Assembly (NCBI GenBank): GCA_900770055.1
Contig: CAAGJD010000129.1
Coordinates: 10,060 to 74,059 of the forward strand
From: Acholeplasmatales bacterium
GTDB taxonomy: Bacteria > Bacillota_I > Bacilli_A > Acholeplasmatales > Anaeroplasmataceae
Length of the DNA: 64,000 nucleotides
Direction of reading: 5' to 3'
In this document: in pieces, positions 56,061-64,000 of the stretch
How positions within the stretch are numbered: position 1 is the stretch's first letter
Layout of the letters: each line of letters opens with the position of its first letter
Translations under genes and position numbers: made by a program
Notes under the pieces: generated by a model
Databases searched by the model: none
What the model saw: only the letters and a program-made list of their open reading frames with translations
Told to the model about the DNA's origin: nothing

Positions 56061-58463
56061 TTATTTTTCTGTTTTAGATTTACTTAGTTCTCTTTTTAAT
56101 TGGTTATCCTCAGAATGCTTTCTTTTTTCAAATTCAAATTTATCTCTATCTAATTTTAACTTAGCATCAAATTCTTTCATTTGTTGCATAAGCTTATCTT
56201 TAGCTTCTTGAGAATATTCAGGCTCTTCTATACCATCATTTTCATTGTTTCTACTATAAGCTTGCATTTGTGCAATAAGAATCTTTGTCTCATTATCTCT
56301 TTGATTAAGAGCGTCTTCTTGTTGCATTTTAGCTTGCTCTAATTGTACTTTTTGCTCAATTTCTTGCTGTTGTATTTGTGCTTGTTGTTGTTGAGCCTGA
56401 GCCTGTCTTTCTTGAATATTTCTTTCATCCTTTTCAACAAGTTTCTGCTTTTCAGCAAGTGAGGATGATCCAAATAACTTCATAATAGTTGAGAATGACA
56501 AAGTTTGATTTTGTAGTGCTGCTTGGGCTAAAGTATCAAGTTTTGAATTCAATTCTTGAATACCATTGCTATTATCTACTACAAGACCATAATCAGCTTC
56601 TGCAAATTCATCTCCATCTATCTCCATAATCTGCATTGAGTTATCTGATAAGATGTATTGGAACTTCTTACTTCTTCCTCTTAATGCTATCTTAGCTGTT
56701 TCTAGAAAACATTCTAAAACTCGTTTTTTAACATCATCATGCTGAACAAATAACCATTCTGTGATATGAGATGATTGTAAAGTTGCTCTTTCTACTCCTC
56801 CTACAGTTTCTCTATTACTTATTTGGCCTTCTCTTTGTTTAGTAATACCAGCAACTTCTGCCATTTCCAGTTTAATAAATTCAAGAAGGTTAATATATTG
56901 TTGTATCTGATTACCATCAGAAGCAGCAATTACACCAGTAGAAGCATTATTTAATGCTCCAGCAAGTTTTCCTGTAGCTGCTCCTATATTACCTTCATTG
57001 AAACTATCTTCTACTGCAACACCTAAAGTTTTTGCATAGTATAACCATTTTTCTACATCCCATCCTTTAGGTTTCTTAGCAAAGTCAAATCTTAATAGTG
57101 ATCCCCAATTTCTTGCTATTAGCTTATTTAATCTATCATGTATTACATCATATAAATAATTATATGGTTTCATCATATCTACTAAGCTAAATGGTCTATT
57201 ATCATTAAGGTTATAGATAGAGCCAATAATACCAAAATGACATCTTGAAGGATTGCTTAGTCTATTATATTGAACTACTCTTGGTCTCATATTGACATAA
57301 ATGTCAGAACCTATCTTAGTTCCTTCCCACGCCTCATTGATATAAAATATTTGCTCTTCTTCACCAGCATCCTTATTTATAATATAATTTTCTGGATAGA
57401 AATTATAGTCCTCTTCACCTGTCTCAGGGTTATAAGATTTAACTTTTTTAATTTTTCTTCTTGACTTCCAATATACTTTAAGTACCCTTATATTTCCTGC
57501 AACATCATATGGAAGAAGTGAATTATTAACTCCATCATATCCTCCTAATGGATCCCAGAAAAATCCTTCAGTACTTATTTCATCCCCTACCATATAGTTA
57601 TTTACAAACCCATACCTTTCATCTATATTATCCATAGAGTCGGTTGCAGATTGTCCTACATAACTAGGTAATTTTTCTATATATTCTAAGTCTTTCTTTG
57701 TTAGTACATCATAAAAAGTATCTATTACTTTTCCTGGACTCCAATAGTCCTCAATAATTATTATGTCTGCATCTTCAATTCTATTACTATATCCAGACTT
57801 AAATATTCTAACTTTAAGAGGATTTAATTTTGTAATAGTAGGTTCTCCTCCTATTATATCACATTGATATATTTCCTCACCACTAACTAAGGCATCATTA
57901 AAACCATGATTGAACATTAGAAGTATATTGTACTCTTTAATATAATGATTAAGAAGTGCATTAGCTCTAATTTCTCTCATATCTTGCCATTCATAAGTAT
58001 AGTAGTCACTTATTCTTTCAAGTTCTTGGTTAGCCTCCTCTTCAGATTGTACAGTATTAGATACCCATTCTTGTAGTTTTTGTAATAACTCTTGCTTCTT
58101 ATTATTTTCTATTTCTGAAATAGCATTAGGGTTAGTAATTACTACTTTAAAGTCAAAAACTCTTTTACTTTCCTCGCCTTTAAGTACATTTAACTTACTA
58201 TTCATTATAGGATAGTGCTGAATTCTATCAGGTATAAAACCTGCCTGCAGTTTTTCAGGATTTAGAATCATTTCCAGATCACTCATGTGGAGTTTTCCAT
58301 TAAGTAGATCATAGTTAATTTTCTTATGTATTACAGACTTTCTAACTAGACTATAATTAAATAAAGTCTTGCTATCTGCCCAATCCATAACTTGCTTTCT
58401 CCACTTTTTATTCTTTTTACTAAAAGGTAAGTTTTGAGGAGGCAATTGACAAAATTCACTCAT
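56061..58463 (-). CDS. Portal protein
   Basis: 800 aa downstream of TerL; LPPQ.LP...K.K.W, L.GEE.KR, GIT.QREG.I...ETVGGVE; Q-rich C-terminal coil. Confidence 0.88.
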   Translation of the reverse strand: MSEFCQLPPQNLPFSKKNKKWRKQVMDWADSKTLFNYSLVRKSVIHKKINYDLLNGKLHMSDLEMILNPEKLQAGFIPDRIQHYPIMNSKLNVLKGEESKRVFDFKVVITNPNAISEIENNKKQELLQKLQEWVSNTVQSEEEANQELERISDYYTYEWQDMREIRANALLNHYIKEYNILLMFNHGFNDALVSGEEIYQCDIIGGEPTITKLNPLKVRIFKSGYSNRIEDADIIIIEDYWSPGKVIDTFYDVLTKKDLEYIEKLPSYVGQSATDSMDNIDERYGFVNNYMVGDEISTEGFFWDPLGGYDGVNNSLLPYDVAGNIRVLKVYWKSRRKIKKVKSYNPETGEEDYNFYPENYIINKDAGEEEQIFYINEAWEGTKIGSDIYVNMRPRVVQYNRLSNPSRCHFGIIGSIYNLNDNRPFSLVDMMKPYNYLYDVIHDRLNKLIARNWGSLLRFDFAKKPKGWDVEKWLYYAKTLGVAVEDSFNEGNIGAATGKLAGALNNASTGVIAASDGNQIQQYINLLEFIKLEMAEVAGITKQREGQISNRETVGGVERATLQSSHITEWLFVQHDDVKKRVLECFLETAKIALRGRSKKFQYILSDNSMQIMEIDGDEFAEADYGLVVDNSNGIQELNSKLDTLAQAALQNQTLSFSTIMKLFGSSSLAEKQKLVEKDERNIQERQAQAQQQQAQIQQQEIEQKVQLEQAKMQQEDALNQRDNETKILIAQMQAYSRNNENDGIEEPEYSQEAKDKLMQQMKEFDAKLKLDRDKFEFEKRKHSEDNQLKRELSKSKTEK

Positions 58464-58609
58464 ATTTATATTTCTTTTTATATCCTCTCGCCCTCCTAGT
58501 TTTTCCTTTAAGCACTTAAGATTATTGGCTTGGAAATATCAGTCTTTCTAGAGGATTCTTTAACTGATTATACTTTATATAATTTTTATAATTCAATTTA
58601 ATTACTGCG

Positions 58610-58640
58610 CAAAAATAAATAAAATATTTAACCTGTGCAA
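58610..58640 (-). promoter_or_regulatory. Bacteroidota-type promoter for the portal operon
   Basis: TTG-N20-TATTTTTG on the - strand. Confidence 0.8.
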
Positions 58641-58685
58641 GTGTATAAGTAAATTACTAATTAGTAAACATCATTTTTACTAAAT

Positions 58686-60917
58686 TTACTGCCTAAATCT
58701 GAAGTCATAGTTTTTTTGAAAGAAACTATCATTTCCTGCGTAATCTTTTGGCTCTTCTTTAGAAGCTTTATTAAGGACTCCATTAAATAATATCATCTTC
58801 TCTTCTCTATAAAGCATACCTTGTACTAAGGCCATAATTCTGTCTACATTAATATCAGGATTCCATAATATAAGTTCTTTTAGTAATGCTCTATTCTTAA
58901 TTCTATAAAGATTAGGTAACTGTATTTCTATTTCATTACCATTAGCATCTTTTTCTATTTTAGTGTATGGTTTTAGTAACCAATCTCTTATGAGTTTATA
59001 TCCATATACTTTTATAGGTTGAGTAGCATTGACTCCTTTTTGTTTATTTCCATATCCTATATCTTTTATAAGTTGCTTATCTCTAAGATACTCTGGAGTA
59101 TCTGCTAATAAATACACACAATTATATCTACTAAAATAGGCAAAGAGTCCCTTTTTATTCTGCTCATACATACATCTTGCATTATAAAAAAGTGTAAGTT
59201 TTCTTACTATTTCATAGTAATCATCTGCAAACATTGGTCTGCCAGTATACTCAGCTACAATAGTATCTGTCCATAAATCCATACACATTACACTTCCTAA
59301 AGACATAGTATTTGAAGTATCATCATCATAAGGGTCTGCAAAAGTTATATATCTACCTTGAGGTACTTCATTATTAGAATTTTTTTCTGGCATACTATAT
59401 ATTTCTAATGCCCCTTTAATTTTATTATCCTTAGTAGGAAATTCTCTAATAGGAGTATCTGTAGTGGATATAAACTCTACTTGTTTATCCTTATTAAATA
59501 TTAATTCTCCTATATAAGTACTATCATAAAAATTGGGAGAATTGTCTATTTGATTTAATCTTTCTGTAAGTTCTGTGATAGGAAATATAGATCCTGTAGT
59601 TCTAACAATAGCTTCTTGAGGAGTTATAGGAACTTCAGAGATAGTTTTAGATATAGCATTAATATCAGTTGAATTATATTTTACTGTATATCTATTTAAC
59701 AGTATTTCCAATAGAGCTTTAGTTACATTGCTATTACCATTTTTATCATAGCAGCCTTTTCTATTAATATATCCTGGAAAGAAATATACAAAATACTTTC
59801 TTCCTTGTCCTTCTTTATCATATATATTAAGTATTTCCTGCATATTATAGCCCAATGGATTATACATAATTTCTTGAGCTGCTGCAAAATCTGAGGAGGA
59901 ATCACCTGCTGTACCTTGTGCAAATATTAAACCATATACTGCATTACCTTCTTCTACAGAAGGTCTTAAAGTACCATAAAGTCCTAATAGATTAGGAAAG
60001 CTACCCCATTCCTCAAGAGCTATAAGGACACCTCTCTTACCTCTAAGTTTAGATTCATCATCTTTAGATGATATACCTAATACTTCATTAAGAGTTCCTT
60101 TTCTTGTTCCTGTATCAAGATCTATATATCCCATAGTCCATGACATATCTTGAAGAGATGATTTAAGTCTCTTTGCAGGAAATTGTGTACTTTGAGCACA
60201 AAAGTCTATATAAGACTGAAATTTATTTAATATACCATCTTTGGTTAGATACTCTTTTTGATATGCTGTAACTAAGCATTTTACTTCTTTATTAACCTCT
60301 TCAGATTCTCCTAATATAAATCTTTTAGCCAACATAGATGCTAGTGAATAAGATTTACCTCGACCTCTGGCTGCTAATTCAGCACCATGATGACCATTAT
60401 TTCTTGCCTGCTCTATATAATGAAATTTATAATAGTGTCCTTCCCAAAACTCTGGAAAGTCCCACACTCTTTCAGCTTTTCTGCCATCCTTTATTCTAGT
60501 TAGAAGTATAGGGCAGTAATTAAGAAAGAAATACATATCTCCTGTAATCCATTCACCATCAGAAGGTCTTATATATCCATGATAACACCTTCTAACCTCC
60601 TCTCTTAACCATTTTCCATATTCACTATTTGGGTTAGGATTAGGTCTTAGTTTAGTAATACAGCCATACTTTTGATAATGTATAGCAGTTGGTCTAAAAT
60701 AATCCATATCCTCAAATATATGAGGTAAAGTTAAATCTACAATAATCTTATTCTCTTTATCTCTAGGTAAATCAGAAGCTTTAGGTAAATTAGGGGAAAT
60801 GTGACTTTTAATATATGGTACATTATTTATAAAATCAAAGAATTGCTCTTGGACTTCTTTAGGTTGCTGTTCTATCTTAAGTTCCTCCAAAGAGGATTGA
60901 TATTCATTAAAGTTCAT
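58686..60917 (-). CDS. terL: Terminase large subunit
   Basis: Walker A ARGRGKS, Walker B IALEE, coupling motif GTAG, RNase H-like FADPYD...EQN...DRIMA. Confidence 0.93.
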   Translation of the reverse strand: MNFNEYQSSLEELKIEQQPKEVQEQFFDFINNVPYIKSHISPNLPKASDLPRDKENKIIVDLTLPHIFEDMDYFRPTAIHYQKYGCITKLRPNPNPNSEYGKWLREEVRRCYHGYIRPSDGEWITGDMYFFLNYCPILLTRIKDGRKAERVWDFPEFWEGHYYKFHYIEQARNNGHHGAELAARGRGKSYSLASMLAKRFILGESEEVNKEVKCLVTAYQKEYLTKDGILNKFQSYIDFCAQSTQFPAKRLKSSLQDMSWTMGYIDLDTGTRKGTLNEVLGISSKDDESKLRGKRGVLIALEEWGSFPNLLGLYGTLRPSVEEGNAVYGLIFAQGTAGDSSSDFAAAQEIMYNPLGYNMQEILNIYDKEGQGRKYFVYFFPGYINRKGCYDKNGNSNVTKALLEILLNRYTVKYNSTDINAISKTISEVPITPQEAIVRTTGSIFPITELTERLNQIDNSPNFYDSTYIGELIFNKDKQVEFISTTDTPIREFPTKDNKIKGALEIYSMPEKNSNNEVPQGRYITFADPYDDDTSNTMSLGSVMCMDLWTDTIVAEYTGRPMFADDYYEIVRKLTLFYNARCMYEQNKKGLFAYFSRYNCVYLLADTPEYLRDKQLIKDIGYGNKQKGVNATQPIKVYGYKLIRDWLLKPYTKIEKDANGNEIEIQLPNLYRIKNRALLKELILWNPDINVDRIMALVQGMLYREEKMILFNGVLNKASKEEPKDYAGNDSFFQKNYDFRFRQ

Positions 60918-61465
60918 ACTATTATCCCATCTTCCATTAATGTTTTACTTTGTCCACCTCTAGCTCTTCCCTGCTCTTCTATTTCCTTAGTAACAGCCTT
61001 CTCTGCCTCTGTTAAATCTTTTACTATTTTAGGAATCATAGATGTTATAGATGCTACTGTTTTTACTGCATTTACTTTATCTTTCTCTTCTAAACCTTCC
61101 CAATCAATACTTTTAAGAACTTTACGCATATTTTCTATTACTTCTTTTGTGTCTTGAAGAAGTAGGTAAGATGAAGTGATTACATGTTTCTTATATATCT
61201 CAATAGCTTCTTGTAATGCCTTATCTATTTTAAAGTTAGATGGTAAACCCTCTTGTATTATAATTTCTTTTAGTCTATCTTTATCATTAGTTATATAATT
61301 GTAGCTACTTCTTGGATCAGCATAAAAATATATAACAGATAACAACTGCATAAATTTTTCTTTATTCTTTGTTTTATCAGAATTATATAACTTTCTTATA
61401 GGAGCTATAAGAAACGCCTCCTCAGTTGGAGTTATTTGATAATTATTATATTCTATTAAGTGCAT
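60914..61465 (-). CDS. Conserved helical protein coupled to TerL, possible small terminase
   Basis: ATGA overlap with terL; the function is inferred from position only. Confidence 0.45.
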   Translation of the reverse strand: MHLIEYNNYQITPTEEAFLIAPIRKLYNSDKTKNKEKFMQLLSVIYFYADPRSSYNYITNDKDRLKEIIIQEGLPSNFKIDKALQEAIEIYKKHVITSSYLLLQDTKEVIENMRKVLKSIDWEGLEEKDKVNAVKTVASITSMIPKIVKDLTEAEKAVTKEIEEQGRARGGQSKTLMEDGIIV

Positions 61466-61476
61466 AAATATTTTAA

Positions 61477-61821
61477 TTAATTATATTGTATACCTTTATA
61501 AGTTCCTTGTATAACTTCTTCATAAAATTTAGAACCAATCCAATCAAATATCATATTACTTAACATGATATTCATTTTTCTATTCATATTCTCTTCTTGA
61601 CCATCAAGAACCTTTTCAGTATGATTTAATACAATAACTTCATAGGCTTTACCTTTCTTAACAAACCATAAAGTATACTTATATATCTTGTAAGCTTTGA
61701 ATGAAGAATGTGGCACTATTTCTTTCTGTAATACAAGATGTCCTGTAGTCTTTATGTCTATATCTTTTCTCTTTGTTTCAATATGTAAATTAAGACCTTC
61801 TATAATATCTTCTACTTTCAT
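61477..61821 (-). CDS. Hypothetical protein
   Basis: ORF in the operon. Confidence 0.65.
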   Translation of the reverse strand: MKVEDIIEGLNLHIETKRKDIDIKTTGHLVLQKEIVPHSSFKAYKIYKYTLWFVKKGKAYEVIVLNHTEKVLDGQEENMNRKMNIMLSNMIFDWIGSKFYEEVIQGTYKGIQYN

Positions 61822-61842
61822 TACTTTTGATATTAATAAAAT

Positions 61843-61880
61843 AATAAAAAAGCCTCAAGCCTTAGTCAAGGCTCAAGGCT
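61843..61880 (-). terminator. Intrinsic terminator after the GroES-like gene
   Basis: AGCCT.AGCCTT/AAGGCT.AGGCT stem with an internal loop and a T-run on the - strand. Confidence 0.7.
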
Positions 61881-61886
61881 AAATAT

Positions 61887-62303
61887 TTAATTTAATATTA
61901 ATTTCTTTTTTTCAGGTAAGACCAAGTTAGATGCTTTATCTTCAATATCTTCATATTCTTGAATAACATAATCTATATCTTGGTCAAATAGAAGAATACA
62001 AATAGTACCATTAACATCAACAAAATTGAAATTGTATGAAACTACAGGATTATCTGATACAATACCATCCTTTAATGAGCCTTCTTGATGTTGTTTTTTT
62101 GCATATCTAATAGGATTAATAAGTACTAAATCTCCTTCTTTAATACCTTTTACAGTATCTCCTACTGAGATTACCTTTTGATATTCCTTTAAGGTACCAG
62201 CAGTTGCTATTACTACTCCTCCCTGTTTAACATCTTTTTCATACTTATCTGCTGTAACAAGTATTCTGTTAAACATCGGCTTTATTTTTTTAATCTTTAA
62301 CAT
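61887..62303 (-). CDS. GroES/Cpn10-like co-chaperonin
   Basis: IKPMFNRILV...GGVVI...VISVG..V.GIKEGDLVL...V.G....L....DI. Confidence 0.75.
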   Translation of the reverse strand: MLKIKKIKPMFNRILVTADKYEKDVKQGGVVIATAGTLKEYQKVISVGDTVKGIKEGDLVLINPIRYAKKQHQEGSLKDGIVSDNPVVSYNFNFVDVNGTICILLFDQDIDYVIQEYEDIEDKASNLVLPEKKKLILN

Positions 62304-62568
62304 TTTTCTCCCTTATTTGTTTTATTAAATTAAATCTTTTTTTGCATCCTATCAATCTATTCCATGTTACACATAATTTTCCAATACTTGGAATATTAAA
62401 ATTTGTTCTTAGTCTAGAAAATTCTTCTTCACTTATATCTTCCTTTAATGGTAAAGACTGTATAGATTTATTAATAAATAGCCAAAATGCCTTATATGTT
62501 TTATCTACAACTTCTTTAGGTAAATTTAACTCCTCAGAAACCTTACCAATTATATCAGGATAATTCAT
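62290..62568 (-). CDS. HU/IHF-like protein
   Basis: DII.KVSEELNLPKEVV.K....F...I....FNIPSIGKL. Confidence 0.6.
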   Translation of the reverse strand: MNYPDIIGKVSEELNLPKEVVDKTYKAFWLFINKSIQSLPLKEDISEEEFSRLRTNFNIPSIGKLCVTWNRLIGCKKRFNLIKQIREKNVKD

Positions 62569-62945
62569 TTTAATTCAAAAAGTAGCAATAGTTGAAAAGT
62601 ACCAGTTTCCTCATCAATATTAGGGATAAATCTTGGATTAATTTTACCATCAACTATGACCTTGTTTTTTCTTAGTTTACCCATAATTACTTGAAAATGA
62701 GGGAGAGAGATATTACACTCCTCCCTTATTTTCTTCTTTGTATCTTCACTCATTGTAACTTTATCAAGTATTTCATTATCTTTGATAACTTTACTGAGTT
62801 CATATCTTTTCTTAACAAAGGCTGTAATTATATCAATCTCTCTATCAGTTAAGTTATGAAAAGGCTCTAAGAACATAAACCAATATTTAAAGAATTTACC
62901 CTCTAATGAAGTAGGAATCCTAATTATGTTATTCGCCTTTTTCAT
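62565..62945 (-). CDS. Hypothetical protein, possible winged HTH
   Basis: LTDRE.D...IREEC.IS..HF...MGKLRK. Confidence 0.6.
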   Translation of the reverse strand: MKKANNIIRIPTSLEGKFFKYWFMFLEPFHNLTDREIDIITAFVKKRYELSKVIKDNEILDKVTMSEDTKKKIREECNISLPHFQVIMGKLRKNKVIVDGKINPRFIPNIDEETGTFQLLLLFELK

Positions 62946-62951
62946 AATATT

Positions 62952-63278
62952 TTACTCTTTAATTTTATTATCTTGTGTATCTTCTTTTTCCTCTACAACT
63001 TCTTCAGGAACTGTTATAATATTTTCAATTTCATTAATACATTTATCAAGAAAATCCTTGTTAAATACATTACCATTTTCTATCACTTTAAATAGGTAAT
63101 CAAGTCTCTTAAACATATTATTTAGATTAGACTTTTGTAATTGGGTATACAATTGTCTTGCCTGTTCACTAAGTTGGTGGGCAACTTGTTCCAATTGTTC
63201 ATAACTCATTTTTTCAGTTCCCTTTGTTTCTTTTGTTGTAGGTTGCATTTCTACAATTTTTCCTTTTTGCTCTTCCAT
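62952..63278 (-). CDS. Coiled-coil hypothetical protein
   Basis: ORF in the operon. Confidence 0.65.
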   Translation of the reverse strand: MEEQKGKIVEMQPTTKETKGTEKMSYEQLEQVAHQLSEQARQLYTQLQKSNLNNMFKRLDYLFKVIENGNVFNKDFLDKCINEIENIITVPEEVVEEKEDTQDNKIKE

Positions 63279-63299
63279 TTTTACTTTATAATTAAATTA

Positions 63300-63521
63300 T
63301 TAATAGTTTTCAAGAAATTTATGTCCATATCTATTTTTATATAGCACTTCCCATTCCTCTATTGAACATTTTCCTATATTAGTAGAACCACACTCATCAC
63401 AGTAATCTGAATCTTCTATTATTGAAATGTTCCTGATCTTTAATGATAAACATTGTTTACAGTATAATACTGGAATTTTATTATAATCATTAGGCTGATT
63501 TTCTGTGTTTAAGTTGTTCAT
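63300..63521 (-). CDS. Small zinc-ribbon protein
   Basis: YCKQCLSL...YCDECGS. Confidence 0.7.
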   Translation of the reverse strand: MNNLNTENQPNDYNKIPVLYCKQCLSLKIRNISIIEDSDYCDECGSTNIGKCSIEEWEVLYKNRYGHKFLENY

Positions 63522-63813
63522 AAATCATCTTCTTTCTTTCATTAATAGTTCCACTGTGGTGCTTCTTTCTCTTACAAGTATTAGCCTTATTTTTAAAAGG
63601 TCTTTTAGGAAATATAATACCTTCAAGAGATACATGGCCTCTTCTAATTGCTCTCCTTATAGACTTAAACTTACTTACTGCTTCATAAGTTACTAGATGA
63701 AGAATATTTCTTTCATAGAAGTCTCCCACAATATCTATTCTATTCTTCTCTAAATAATCCTTAAACTCTTCTTCATTCATTAAGGGTCTTTCTACTGTCT
63801 TCTGCTCTTCCAT
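63490..63813 (-). CDS. Basic hypothetical protein
   Basis: ORF in the operon. Confidence 0.6.
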   Translation of the reverse strand: MEEQKTVERPLMNEEEFKDYLEKNRIDIVGDFYERNILHLVTYEAVSKFKSIRRAIRRGHVSLEGIIFPKRPFKNKANTCKRKKHHSGTINERKKMIYEQLKHRKSA

Positions 63814-63827
63814 TTTCTATAATGTTT

Positions 63828-63998
63828 TTATTTAAAATAAACTAATACAAACTGGCCCCCCTCATTAAGAATAGATACTATATCTTCCTTCTTTATACCT
63901 AATTCATTAGAGATATTAACAATTCCTCTTAATGTATTAGAATGTATAGCAGCCATAATTTTGTTTGCTTTAGTGTTTTCATTAGACTTTTTAGTCTT
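63828..63998 (-). CDS. Partial hypothetical protein (...LRGIVNISNELGIKKEDIVSIL...FVLVYFK), probably starting outside the window
   Basis: Frame is open from the window edge to TAA at 63828. Confidence 0.55.
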   Translation of the reverse strand, partial: KTKKSNENTKANKIMAAIHSNTLRGIVNISNELGIKKEDIVSILNEGGQFVLVYFK

Positions 63999-64000
63999 TA

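Noticed and set aside
32759..59923. Same-strand alternative-frame ORFs (32759..32947, 45840..46022, 59723..59923)
   Set aside because: They are short, nested in conserved genes, and have no motifs or frameshift signal
58686..60917. Intein or intron in TerL (also checked in PolA)
   Set aside because: The ORFs are continuous and of ordinary length, with no intein splice motifs seen
1..64000. tRNA genes, rRNA and CRISPR arrays
   Set aside because: Intergenic gaps are short and explained by terminators or promoters; no cloverleaf or repeat-spacer pattern was seen by eye, and tRNAscan would be needed to confirm

Overview
This window is about 64 kb of an AT-rich crAss-like phage (order Crassvirales) with a Bacteroidota host. 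The assignment rests on a giant virion RNA polymerase with the DFDID catalytic motif, the gene order, and host-type TTG-N20-TAnnTTTG promoters. The standard genetic code fits. The + strand carries the end of the replication/nucleotide module (family A DNA polymerase, DUF3310, thioredoxin, ThyX) and two giant ejected cargo genes: the vRNAP and a zincin plus PD-(D/E)XK protein. The - strand carries the virion/late module, from GroES-like, HU-like, TerL and portal genes through fibres, lysis genes, capsid, tail rings and muzzle to cargo proteins, and converges with the + strand at a bidirectional terminator near 18.4 kb. The major capsid gene is split into three exons by two HNH-encoding group I introns whose splice sites can be placed to the base. 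The main hypotheses worth testing are: (1) an insulated four-gene cassette with a palindromic operator over its -33 element, next to an HTH plus membrane-protein pair; (2) terminal cysteines that could chain the three giant ejected proteins head to tail; (3) a shared [FYH]xxGG motif in cargo proteins and an unannotated micro-peptide; (4) complementary terminal docking motifs on fibre proteins; (5) a PI-PLC-like enzyme beside the lysis genes. All family calls come from motif recognition by eye, with no database searches.
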